A stretch of DNA of 64,000 nucleotides from Chiloscyllium plagiosum. Taxonomy: Eukaryota. Positions 51,940 through 63,499 of this stretch are shown here, in pieces. The notes below the pieces were generated by a model. The model had not been told where the DNA came from and did no database searches. It saw nothing but the letters and a program-made list of their open reading frames with translations. The translations under genes were made by a program, and so were the position numbers. The first letter of the stretch is position 1, and the number at the start of each line of letters is the position of its first letter. The stretch is taken from positions 12,508,121 through 12,572,120 of the forward strand of contig NC_057718.1 of assembly GCF_004010195.1 (NCBI RefSeq). Reading direction: 5' to 3'.

Positions 51940-53340
51940 TTTTTTTTGTCCATGGTGTCAAATGCAATATTTCAGAGTTCACTGATAATACAAAACTAAG
52001 TGGAGTTGTGAATGGTGAGAAGGATGTAAACAGACTTTGGGCTGATTTAGGTAAGTTCAGTGAGTGCAATATAACACTGATAAATGTGAAGTTGCCCACT
52101 TCAGCAGAAAGAACAGAATGACAGAGTATTATTGAAATGAAGATAGTTTGGGAGATGTTGATGTATAAAGTATTAGGGACCAGTCCAAAACCCCTCAAAA
52201 TATTCAGAAGGTAGTCGAGACCCTAACGTTTTCTTTTTTTAAAGGTAAATGTAAGGTGTTGCATTCCAAATGCAATTCTACCAGATTTAAAGCAAAACAA
52301 ACTTAATTCATCCACTGTAGTTAAAATACAGCAAAAGAAAGAAGGAATTGGAATAGCTCAACTCTATTGGAATACTTAACAGAATAATAGATATAGTAAC
52401 TATTACTAATTAACTGTTCCGATATAGTAACATCCCATTAACACACCCTTGACAAAAGGCAAATTCAGAAAATGGATTGTCTCACATGCAACTCCAATAA
52501 CAGGCAGAGAACCCCCAGCTTTTGGCTGTAACCAAGAGAAGCATTTAAAAAAAGGTTCCACCTCTTCAAGATTCCAACAGTAACTACTGAAAGCTAAACC
52601 TAAAATCCCTGGTTCTGTCAGTGGGAGCTTGACCACACCCATTCAGGCTGCTTCTATTGTTCCAATTAAAAAAAAACACTCAAGGCTTCACAAGTTGCTT
52701 ATCTTCTCATAGACTGCTCGTAACCTATCCCCAATATCTCTCTAAAGGAAACCAGGACAAAACACACCTCTAAAAGCCACAGCATTGTCACAAAAGAGAC
52801 CTAGGTATCCTTGTATATCAGTCATTGAAAGCAAGCGCGCAGATGGAGTAAGCAGTTAGGTTTGAGTACAAGAGCAAGGAAGTCGTACAGCAGGTATACA
52901 GGGCCTAGGTGAAAGCACAGTTGGGGTATTGTGGGCAGGTTTGGTCTCCTTAGCAGGTGAGCACAGTGAAGGTTCACCAGACTGATCCCTGGGGAATCAG
53001 GTTTGTATCATAAGGAGAGATTGAGTTGACTGGGGTTGTATTCACCGGAGTTTGAAGAGTGAGAGAGGATTTAATTGAAAATATAAAATCCAGGATTGGA
53101 CAGATTAGATGTAGAGATGATGTTTCTCCTGGCCAAAGGGTCTGGAACAAGGGTTAATAATCTCAAACTACGCAGAAGGCTATTTTGGACTGAGATGAGG
53201 AGAAATTCCTTCACTCAGAGTGTGGTGAATCTGTGGAATTTTCTACAACAGAAGGCCATGGAGACCAAGTTGCTGAATTTTTTTTAGGAAGAAATTGACA
53301 GATTTGTACAAGCTAAAAATGTCAAGAGGTATGAGGGGAC
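51940..53340 (+). mobile_element. CR1 LINE fragment split by a solo LTR
   Basis: ISEFTDNTKLSG before the LTR and EMRRNSFTQSVVNLWN after it. Confidence 0.8.
52171..52792. mobile_element. Solo LTR with 4-bp TSD (AAAG)
   Basis: AAAG at 52167-52170 and 52793-52796. The element ends TGTCACA and starts TATTAG (probably a mutated TG). The flanking CR1 sequence rejoins. Confidence 0.75.
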
Positions 53341-53347
53341 TGCATGA

Positions 53348-54420
53348 GAACATAAGAATTAGGAGCACAAGTAGGCCATCTGACTCCTCGAGCCTGCTCC
53401 ACCATTGATTAAGATCATGGCTAATCTTTTCATGGGCTCAACTCCACATACTCCTTCCCCGCACACACCATATCTTTCTTTGGCTTAAAAACATTCAGTG
53501 AGGCAGCCTCAACTGCTTCACTAGGCAGGGAATTCCACAGATTCACAATCCTTAAAGTGAAGTAGTTCCTCCTCAACTCAGTCCTAAACCTGTTCCCCAT
53601 TATTTTTAGGCTATGTTTCTTAGTTCTAGTTTTACCCCTCAGTGGAAACAACCTCCCTGCTTCTGTCTTACCGATCATAGAGTCAAGGACATGTACAACA
53701 TGGAAACACACCCTCAGGTCCAATTAATCCATGCAGACCAAATATCCTAAATTAATCTAGTCCCATTTGGCCCATATCCCTCTAAACCCTTCCTATTCAT
53801 GGACCCATCCAGATGCAATTTAAATGTTGTAATTGTTCCTTTCTCCATCACTTCCTCTGGCAGCTTGTTCCATACATGCACCATCCTCGGTGCAAAAACG
53901 TTGTCCCTTAGGTGCCTTTTAAATTTGTCTCCTCTCACTTTTAGCTTATGTCGTCCAGTTTTGGACACCCCTACCCTGGGGAAAAGACCTTGGCAGTTCA
54001 CCCTATCCATGCCCCTTATGATTTCATAAACCTCTCTAAGACCACCCCTCACCCTCCAACGCTCCAGAGAAAAAAACCCCAGCCTATTCAGCCTCTCCCT
54101 ATAGGTCAAGCCCTCCAACCATGGCAACATCCTTGTAAATCTTTCCTGAAACCCTTCAAGTTTCACAACATCTTTCCTATAGCAGGGAGAACAGAATGGA
54201 ACACAGTATTGAAAAAGTGGCCTAACCAATATCCTTTACAGCTGCAACATGACCTCCCAATTGTTATACTCAATGCACTGACCAATAAGGGCAACCATCT
54301 GCCTTCTTCATTATCCTGATTACCTGTGATTCCACTTTCAAGGAACTATGAACCTATTCCTTCATAATTTTATATGTTTCTGTAAGATCCCCTTTCATTT
54401 TTCTAAATTCCAATGAGGGT
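53348..54420 (-). mobile_element. Two nested CR1 3' ends (HER1-like 53675-54352 inside another CR1)
   Basis: ORFs 53430-53723 and 53747-54229 are both CR1 ORF2 C-termini. Confidence 0.88.
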
Positions 54421-55279
54421 AGTCCAAAATTCCAATGAGTATGGTACTAAGACAGATCAGCCATGATCGTGTTGCATGGCAAAGTAGCTTGAAGGGCTGA
54501 ATGGACTACTCCTGAAATGTTCCACGCCACTATGTTTCAATGGTGTTATTCAATTATTTAAATTAAATAGGCAAATTCCTCTTATCAAAATCTTGGCAAG
54601 GGTTTTAGATATTAAATGTTGATGCATTAATAGCATGATATCAACCTTTACAATTTGCTACAAGTTTGTCTGACATAAGGCAGTGGAATGGATTAGTGCA
54701 GCCCTGAATGGTTACTCTTATAAGTGCAAATTAGACCTCTGTGTTGCTGCTTTTGTCGGATTCTGGTTAAAAAGTCTGGCTTGTGTTTGAAACAAGTCAC
54801 AATGTATTTGGGCAGTATTAAGACAGACAGGACAATGGAAGATAAGAAAGAGGAAGCCCTTTATCTATATGTGAATTGGTTTGACTGATGATGGCCTCTC
54901 ATCAAAGTGCAGTCCTTCTCAAGCATCCACTAAGAGTCGTGTGGTTTTTAACAGCTTGCTGCTAATGCCTTTCTAATAATATCCCTGTGTGTATTTTTAT
55001 ACTATCCTGACAGCAGGCATCCCAGAAATTCTGTAGCACAGCCACTAGACCTGCATCATCTTGCACTGAATTTACTTACTTTACACATGATAAAATAAAA
55101 ATGCAAACATTAGAAATTTCAATTAAAAATGTTCCAAATGTTACTACAGCTACTGTAAACAATACTCTGATGGAATAATGTGAAAACAGCTACTAAGAGC
55201 TAACATTGTTGTTTCTGAGTTAGAAGGTTTTGTCTCAAGTCCCCATTTTGGACTTTTTAAAATTTGTTAAGGTAACTTG

Positions 55280-56150
55280 AGTATCACTGGCTAGGCTAAC
55301 ATTTATTCCTCATCCTTGAGACGAAGGTATTGAGCTGCCTTCTGGAGTTTAGAAACATTAGGAAGGGTGTTCCAAGCATTTGACCCAGATAATGAACAAC
55401 AATATATTTCCAAGTCAGGATGGCATGTGGCTAGAGGCAGGTGGCAACCTGTAGGTGGTGGTGTTCCCATGCATCCATTGACCTTGTCCTTGTAGGTGAT
55501 AGATTTTTTAGATTCCCTACAGTGTGGAAACAGGCCCTTTGGCCCAACAAGTCCACACCGACCCTCTGAAGAATAACCCACCCAGACCCATTTCCCTCTG
55601 ACTAATGCACCTAACACTATGGGCAATTTAGCATGACCAATTCACCTGACCTGCACATCTTTGGACTGTGGGAGGAAACCGGAGCACCCAGGGGAAAACC
55701 CACGCAGACACGGGGAGAATGTGCAAACTCCACACAGACAGTCGCCCGGGCCTGGAATCGAACCTGGGACCCTGGTAATATGAGGCAGCAGTGCTAACCA
55801 CTGAGCCACCGTGCGGTAGAATAGCAGTTTGTAAAGGTGCTGGTGGAGGAGCTTCAAGAGGTTACTGCAGTGCCTATTGTAGATAGCTGCCACTGTATGT
55901 CAGTGGTGGAGGGGGAGTGAATGTTGAAGGTTGTCGATGGGATGGATGCCAGTCAAGCGAGGCGCTTTGTTCTCAATGGTTTCTTGCTTCTTCAATGTTG
56001 TGGGATGCTGTGCACCCATCCAAAGGAAAACAATTCCGTCATACTCCTGACTTGTGCCTTGTAGATGATAGACATGCTTTGGGGAGACAGGAGATGAGTT
56101 ATTTGCTGCAGGATTCCCAACTTCTGACCTGTACTTGTAACTACTGTGTT
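55280..56150 (-). mobile_element. CR1/L2 family B LINE 3' fragment hosting an HE1 SINE
   Basis: IIYKAQVRSMTE..TTLKKQETIENKAPRLTG..HSLPLHH. Confidence 0.75.
55509..55814 (-). mobile_element. Full-length HE1 SINE
   Basis: Reverse complement of the HE1 head (GCACGGTGGCTCAGTGGTTAGCAC), V-domain and tail. Confidence 0.92.
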
Positions 56151-56634
56151 TGCATGCTTCAGTGCAGGATTGGGAGGTTGATGCACTGTCAGAGGCTCTG
56201 TCTTTCAGAAGATGCACCAGGCCTAGTCCTTTCTCTAAAGTTGGTAATGAGGATCTCATGGTCCAGTCAATGGGAAGGGGCTTCTCCGAGCAAGCTGGCT
56301 AATAATACCTTTTAAATCAGCATCACTAATATAAATATAGAGTCAACACTCCAAATGTAATTAATTGGCCTGATCTTTCTAGGCACAAGTTCAAATATAT
56401 ATGCTTCTGATTGCACAGCACACAAACAAAGAAATGGCCTGGGAATGAGGTATTTGCGTGAACTGAACAAGGGCAAAGAATGGATCATTGGTAAACCTCT
56501 TGAGATGCATTCTTCGTGATAAATGCAGATCTAAACGTGCATCCCTGAGTTCAACCAATGTGCTGGGCCTTAATCTTCAGACACAAAAATCCACCTGACT
56601 GAATTTATTGAAGGTGAAGTTAACAGGAATACTG

Positions 56635-56995
56635 GCACAGCAGTGGTGGAAGCGTTATTTTCATTGGCCAGAGCCTCAGGCCAATGTTTTGGGGTCATTG
56701 GGTAAAATTTCACCACTTTAGCTGGTGGAACTTAAATTCAATTAAATAACTCAGGAATTGAAAGCTAGTATCAGTAATGGTGCCATAAATTGCCATAAAA
56801 ACCTATCTGAGTAATTAATGTTGGTAAGTACAGTAATCTACCATCTTCGCCTGGTCAGACCTACATGTGACTCCAGACCCGCAGCAATGTGACTCACTCT
56901 TAATTGCCCTGAAATGGCCTAGCAAATTACTCAGTTCTAGGACAATTTAGGGTTTGGCAACAAATACTGGCCTAGCCAATGATAGTCCCATCTCA
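56635..56995 (+). mobile_element. tRNA-derived SINE (same family as 905-1221)
   Basis: CCTACATGTGACTCCAGACCCGCAGCAATGTG...GGCAACAAATACTGGCCTAGCC. Confidence 0.7.
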
Positions 56996-57309
56996 TGAAG
57001 AAAAAGTGGTTGAAATGTATAGCACAGACCTACCTTGGAGTGTAGGCGCAATGTCCTCAGTTGGACATAAAGTCAAACAGCAGAAAGTACCGCCTTAAAA
57101 ATTAAGTTCACTGTAACAGAGCTCCTGATTCAGGAATGGTGAGGGAGGATGTGGAGGTGAGATTTACTGCTTTCTACATGAAAAACTGAGAGAATAATAT
57201 ACCCACCTACAATTACATCTCATGGAAGCAAAAATTCCTTACTCTTTAACTCTCTTAATTTTATATTACCATACCCGAATGTATACCGATTTCCCGTCAT
57301 AACACTAGG

Positions 57310-57515
57310 ACCATAGAAATGATATTGCACAGAAGGAGGCCATTTTGGCCCGCCTTGTCCCTGCTGACCCAAAGACACCTAGATACCCTTTCTAATTCCA
57401 TCTTCCTGCCCACAGCACATAACCCTGCAGTTTACAGCACTTAAGGTGCAGATACAGGTACTTTTTAAAAGAGTTTGGGGTGTTTGCCTCCATCACCAAC
57501 TCAAGCAACGAATCT

Positions 57516-57547
<32 letters not shown>

Positions 57548-57610
57548 CCTTTGCATAAAAAAGACTTGCCTCACTTCCCCTCTAATCATTCTGCCACTTG
57601 AATCTATGAC
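57310..57610 (-). mobile_element. CR1 3' end containing (CA)n at 57515-57541
   Basis: CACAGAAGGAGGCCATTTTGGCCC is a CR1-type tail. Confidence 0.6.
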
Positions 57611-58764
57611 CCCCTCTACCTAAGGCGCTTCTCAGTATTAACCTTTAAAACCCTTACATAATATTCTCAAAGCCAGAGAGCATCTTACCTTGGAACTTCT
57701 GTGTATCACTGTTCCTCCATTGGCACTAGCTTTACAACCTGGAAGCCCTCCCAAGTAACACTTTACGACCTACACCACCCCAAGAATGAATAGTGATAGC
57801 TCAAGAAAGTGGCTCAGCACCATAATTCTCAAGGGCATTTAGAGATGGGCAACAAATTCCAACTTTGTCAGTGATCTTTACCGCCCATTAAATAAATAAA
57901 CCTGAAGAATAATGAACATTTAAATTAGAATATTCCATAAAGAACAAACATATATGCATTATGCAAAGACTTTATAATACAATTACCACGCATGACATTT
58001 GCACTTTCACAGTGTCTAACGTCTCTGCTACATCTCATCCACACATCACAGAATAAAATTTACAAATATATGCAGGCCTGTCGCATATTTTATTGAATGA
58101 TAGCGTGACGATCACACAAGTGAAGTTTATGCAATTTGATTAACAGTGAGGACCTTAATATGTTGCTTGGAAGTGCAGGACTGCAGCTTTATAATTAACC
58201 ACAATGTCATTTAACTAACACAAACCACTAATTGGTCTTTTTAACCAGCAAAGCTGTCAGAAATTCCCACAAATATTCCTCTCACACTGCAGTAGACAAT
58301 GTGTTACCCTGTTCAGAAGACAGATGGGAATTAATGAAGATGGGGATTAATGAGGTGTGTTATACTTTAGCACTCAAAAACTTCCGCAAAAAAAAACTTA
58401 AGTAGTTTTTGTGTCCCAGTTGTTGAGGTAGACAAAGCCTCCACCTGCCCCAAACTGTCTACCAGGTGGAGATGAAGAATTTTCATCCGATGGTTTTGTC
58501 AACACTTGGCTTTGCACCTGATTGGCTCCGATGGCAGCTATGGTAAATCACTCCATTCCTCAACAGACTGTTGACAATGACTAGATATAGTTGGATGGGC
58601 ACCACTCAACAGCATGTGGTGAAGTGAGGAGGTGGGCATCACCATTGGTACTGGTCTGCGTCACACGGTAGCCAACTGAGCAAGCCAACTTTCCTGATTG
58701 TACCAAAAGCCCTGAGGAAATTAAGGGCTAATATATTAAGTTACAACATGGATTCACTGTGGCA

Positions 58765-59146
58765 TTTCTTTTTATTTCAAATATATACTTCATTTATAAA
58801 GCATTTTTGTATATGTATATAAAGTCACAAATGCAGTTCGGTTCTGTACAGTAGCATTTGAAGAAACAAACACTGGAGTTTGACTCTATCCAGTAAACAA
58901 ACTAAAGGCATTTCTTACTTGTATAAGACTAAATTTACGTATATTTGAGGCACCAGGAGTGTCTGATATTGGAATGGATCCCCATTTAACTTCAGCAGAA
59001 AGGCCTTCGACAGTGGTCTTTCCCCACTCTGCCTTAGAGGCAGCTACCCCAAGTTTTAGTGCGTCCCCCAGCATGTAGTCCTGGACCTTGGCATGTGCCA
59101 GTCTGCAATACTTGGTTGACATCAACTCCATGCTCTGGAAGACCAC
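58765..59146 (-). mobile_element. Tx1/L1-clade LINE 3' end
   Basis: VFQSMELMSTKYCRLAHAKVQDYMLGDALKLGVAASKAEWGKTTV resembles a Tx1-type ORF2 C-terminus, followed by an AT-rich 3' UTR and an AATAAAAAGAAA tail. Confidence 0.75.
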
Positions 59147-60247
59147 ACTTAGTTAAGTAAAACATACCTCAAGAGCACACCACAGAAATAGACTGAACCA
59201 TGCAGTGTTTTTGCTCCATGTGAATCTCCTCCCAGAATAATCCAGTTGTCCCATTTTCCCCTTAAGTACATCGATCTTTGCCTTAACAACTCCTTGTGGA
59301 AGCATGTTCCAGGTTTAAGTCTAGGAGTGGAGCTTAATTTCCTCAATGTCTATTTTTACCACTGTGGCTAAGATGTTTGCATTAAATTTTTGTCTGTGGT
59401 TATTTTAATTTATGTTGAACAATTAACAAGTAATTTAAAACAGCACAGACAGGAATTTGAGGCATATATGTAATCCATCCCTCTGAAAATAGCACACAGA
59501 GTAAATTGAAGAAACATTTCTAATTTTAAACAAAAAACTCAATTTAACTAAGAAAAGGAAATCTGTTGAAAATACTAGGGGGAGGATATCGAACCCTCAT
59601 ATCTGCTGGGAAAAGTGGTGTTAAATTCTTTAAAAAATCTGAAATCAAACTGCAATCAACCACTGCTGGGGTCAGTGAGTAAGCTGGCTGCATGAGTCAA
59701 GTCAGTAAATTAAATATGTTAACAAGGTATGTTCCTCAGTATTATATTTTTACATAATTCAAAAAGAGTTAGGAGCTGGATAGTTGTACGTGTATGGTTT
59801 AGTGACCAATATGCCACATCGTTCACTACTGCACTGCAGTCTGTGCACCAAAACAACGATGTATCATTCCACAGCTCATGGTAAGATCTGAGAAATACAT
59901 TCGACGTCAGCTCCTGTATGTGTGTAAAATACTGTAGACTATTCTGAACTTGTGTAAATAACAGGCTGGCAGAAGGTGTAATTCCTGAACATTTGAAGCG
60001 GATTTAATGCTGAATTAAATGGATAAAAATCAACCCAGGTTGATATAAAATGGAAAAGGAGAAAAATCTAAGCAAACTGTGCAAAAGTGGAACAGCTGGT
60101 CTTGAAATAAACCCGCGACTCCAATCCGCAATGAACTGAGTGAAATAACTCCACAGAGGCCGGCACCAACTCACCCTATATTTACACGAGAACTGTCCAT
60201 GACTATTTTTTCCCCAGCACCCATGTTGTGTGTGTGCGGGTGTGAGA

Positions 60248-60293
60248 AAAGTTTCAACTTTGATCTCCAGCATCTGCAGACCTCACTTTCTCC
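60248..60293 (+). mobile_element. 46-bp Penelope terminal fragment between ~73-bp direct repeats
   Basis: TGATCTCCAGCATCTGCAGACCTCACTTTCTCC matches 46617-46649. The repeats lie at about 60175-60247 and 60294-60367. Confidence 0.8.
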
Positions 60294-60322
60294 CCTATAT
60301 GTACACGAGAACTGTCCATGAC

Positions 60323-60581
60323 TATTTTTTTTCCAGCACCCATTTTGTGTGTGTGCGGGTGTGAGACACAGTGAAAGACACAAGGTGCACGAATCTTTAT
60401 TCGGTTTCCACCACCAGAAGAAAGGAAACACCCGAGTGGTCAGTGACAAGCACTGCCCTTCACATCAAAGGGCAATGCTGTGTGATCAAACAGTGAAGGG
60501 GAGGGCAGGGATTAAATCAAAATAGAGTTGGAGGGGGAAATAATGCATTCCACTCCCTGCAGCGCCCACCTCTCCCTGAAC
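60323..60581 (-). mobile_element. Tx1-clade LINE 3' fragment, copy C (lacks the terminal hairpin)
   Basis: Closely similar to copies A and B. Confidence 0.85.
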
Positions 60582-60628
60582 ACCATCCTCTTTTTTGTTC
60601 AGAGTGAACAATATCACTGGCCTGCCTG

Positions 60629-60951
60629 TTTTTTTTTCTTTTTTCTTTTATTTTAACCCCCACACTACCGCCTAACTGCGGTAGTGCTTATTTTTTTTCT
60701 CCAGCACCCATGTTGTGTGTGTGCAGCTGTGAGACACAGTGAAAGACACAAAGTGCACGAATCTTTATTCAATTTCCACCACCAGGAAGATAGGAAAACA
60801 CCCAAGTAGCCAATGACAAGCACTGCCCTTCACATCAAAGAGCAATGCTGTGTGATCAAACAGTGAAGGGGAGGGCAGGGATTAAATCAAAATAGAGTTG
60901 GAGGGGGAAATAATGCACTCCACTCCCTGCGGCACCCACCTCTCCCTGAAC
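60629..60951 (-). mobile_element. Tx1-clade LINE 3' fragment, copy B
   Basis: ORF2 end (FRERWVPQGVECIISPSNSILI*), 3' UTR, 9-bp hairpin at 60663-60686 and an A-rich tail. Confidence 0.85.
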
Positions 60952-60959
60952 ACCATCCT

Positions 60960-61370
60960 TTTTTTTCTTTTTTTTCCCATTTTTTTTTAAAAACCCCCAC
61001 ACTACCGCCTAACCGCGGTAGTGCTTATTTTTTCCCCAAAACCCATGTTGTATGTGTGCAGGTGTGAGACACAGTGAAAGACACAAAGTGCACGAATCTT
61101 TATTCAAATTCCACCACCAGGAAGATAGGAAAACACCCGGGTGGCCAGTGACAAGCACTGCCCTTCACATCAGAGGGCAGTGCTGTGTGATCAAAACAGT
61201 GAAGGGGAGGGTAGGGACTAAATCAAAATAGAGTTGGAGGGAGAAATGATGCACTCCACTCCCTGCGGCGCCCACCTCTCCCTGAACAACTCCAGGGTGT
61301 TGGTGGACACCGCGTGCTCCTTCTCCAAGGACACTCGGGCTCTAACATAACCGCGGAAGAGGGGCAGGCA
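60960..61370 (-). mobile_element. Tx1-clade LINE 3' fragment, copy A
   Basis: 61370-61218 encodes CLPLFRGYVRARVSLEKEHAVSTNTLELFRERWAPQGVECIISPSNSILI*. Hairpin at 61000-61023 and an A-rich tail. Confidence 0.85.
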
Positions 61371-61664
61371 ACCATCCTCTTTTTATCTGTCAGCCTGGGC
61401 TCTCTGATTGGACCAGATTAACAGCCCCAATCAGAGAACTCATGAGGTCCACCTGGCTGACCTCATTACAACCACTACACTGAGAGGCCAATGTCATGGA
61501 AGCACGTGAGAGGTTTAAACAACAATGTAGACTGACATTCAGAGGTTTTCGAGAAAGTACGAATGAAGAGGAAAGGCTCAGCTTCATCCTTTTGTGAGTG
61601 GGAGAGAAAGGGTTTGATCTCCTCAAAGGGTGGGAGGTGATTGAGGAGATCGATAAAAAGAAAG

Positions 61665-62098
61665 ACAACATGTTTGGCCTCCTCCATTGCCACAATGAAC
61701 CAAACTGCAAATTGGAAGAAGAACACCTCATCTTCCGCCTGGGCAGCCTACAGCCCGGAAGACTCAACATTGAGTTCTCCAATTTCAAATAGCCTCACTT
61801 CCCATCCACCGACTCCCTTCCCAGCTCCTCCCCCTCCTCCCTGCTACCAACCAGATTCATTCCTCCCATTGACCAACACAGGTCGTGCCCTCTACCTGTC
61901 TTCACCTGTCCAACTTTACCACCCTGCCCCTTCCAATCCCTTTATCTGCAATCCCCCCACACCCACCCCAATCCTGAAGAAGGGGTACACCTGAAAAACG
62001 TTGACTTCTCCACCAATTGATGCTGCCTAGTTTGCTACATTCTTCCAGCCTCCTGCTGGTCTACTTTGGATTCCAGCATCTGCAATTTGTTTTGACTC
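61665..62098 (+). mobile_element. Penelope-like element 3' end (GIY-YIG C-terminus plus terminal repeat)
   Basis: FGLLHCHNEPNCKLEEEHLIFRLGSLQPGRLNIEFSNFK*, then a hammerhead-like AATCCTGAAGAAGGGGTACACCTGAAAAACGTT at about 61970-62002. Confidence 0.85.
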
Positions 62099-63499
62099 TA
62101 GAGCAGACCCAGTGGGCTGAATGGCCTACTTTTGCTCCTGAATTTTTAAGTTGAATTTTGAGGGTTAGAATTCAGTTTAAGAACATTTATTTAAAGGTTG
62201 TGAATCTGGACGTTCTCAGGTGAGGGTCAGGTAGATTTGTTGTCTGCGTGACCTCAGCATTTATGTTTGCGGAGCGGTGAAATGATAGAATTTCAGTAAA
62301 TGCCCTCCACAGAGCATTAAAGTTCCACCCGTGGGAGACTGAGGCTAAGTTTCACACCAAAGTATCAGAGCGGTTTGGCACCTTCTACTTTGCCATGTTG
62401 CAGTGTCCAGTTTCAAAAACCTTACCTTGCGGTTAAATCAAACGAAGTAAGAACTTGTTTGTTTTTGCAATAGATGTCTAGACATGTTTTTTTTAAAACT
62501 TCCCTTTGAATGCAGGCCCAACTGTTGACACAATTTGTGCCATGCATAATCACAAAACAATCAATGACTGTTTGCCAAGAGTCTGTTGAAGACTAAACTT
62601 CATAACAATTTTATTTCTAAGACCAAGAAACATAAAACAACAAAATGTGCTGCCAAAGCACTCATCTTGCACTCACCAGGACAAATGCAAGAATTCCGAA
62701 TTTCGAACACTCGCAACAATTTAAAGTGCAGGAGAAAAGGAGGGTGATTAGTTGGCAAGTCAACTCTAACTGGCCATGCAGAAAATAAAAGCTCCCTGAT
62801 AATTCAAAAAAAGGCACAAGGCCTATACACATTCTTGTTGTTTGGAAAGAAAGATCCCTGTGTATGAACACAATTTAAAATAATAAGTCAGGCTCGTAAT
62901 GTGGCTCATTCATGGTCAGTAGAAGTGACATTTATTTGTCCCTCATTATGCAAAGTGCTCAAAGTCAGAGTTGAAGAAGACAAGAGTAGACATTTTAAAA
63001 CAAAGTAAATAAACCTCCCATACACACAGAAACTATAGTGTCATCTCTGATTTGCTCTGATGCTCCAGAATGTAGGGTGGGTAATTCTAATACCACAGGA
63101 CAGATGGAAAACAGTTATCAGGAAAATGGGAATTCTAACAAACCAATTCCTCCTTAATACACTCACTTCTGGATTTAATGGAGGAGAACTGGAGAGAGTT
63201 GAGTCAGGGAGAAACATGGAGATGCAAACTGAGGAAGCTTGAAGGTAGTGAAGTGATCTGGAGAAAGCCAAGTCTGGGAGGTCTGAAGACAGCAGTGCCT
63301 GGGGGATCAGAAGTTGAGAGGCGTGAAGAGGACTGAATCTGGGAGCCACACTTGAGATAGATCAGTCTTTGAGGATTATAGCAAGCGGATGTTGGGAAAC
63401 CTGGAGCAAGCAGTTTCTGGAGAAAGCAGAATCTGGAAGGTCTGGAGAGAGGGGAGGGAAATAAGAGTTGGAAGGTGGGTATGGAGCCTGGAAAGAGAC

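Larger units (their letters stand above)
60141..61479 (-). mobile_element. Gypsy-type solo LTR with 5-bp TSD, expanded by nested insertions
   Basis: TG...CA termini with CTGAG at 60136-60140 and 61480-61484. The minus strand has CCAAT and a TATA-like GATAAAAA near 61380-61410. Confidence 0.85.

Noticed and set aside
60294..61380. The ~350-bp repeated units as a CRISPR-like array, satellite or ncRNA gene cluster
   Set aside because: The units encode a LINE ORF2 C-terminus and have poly(A) tails and variable 5' truncation, so they are Tx1 fragments. There is no repeat-spacer structure.
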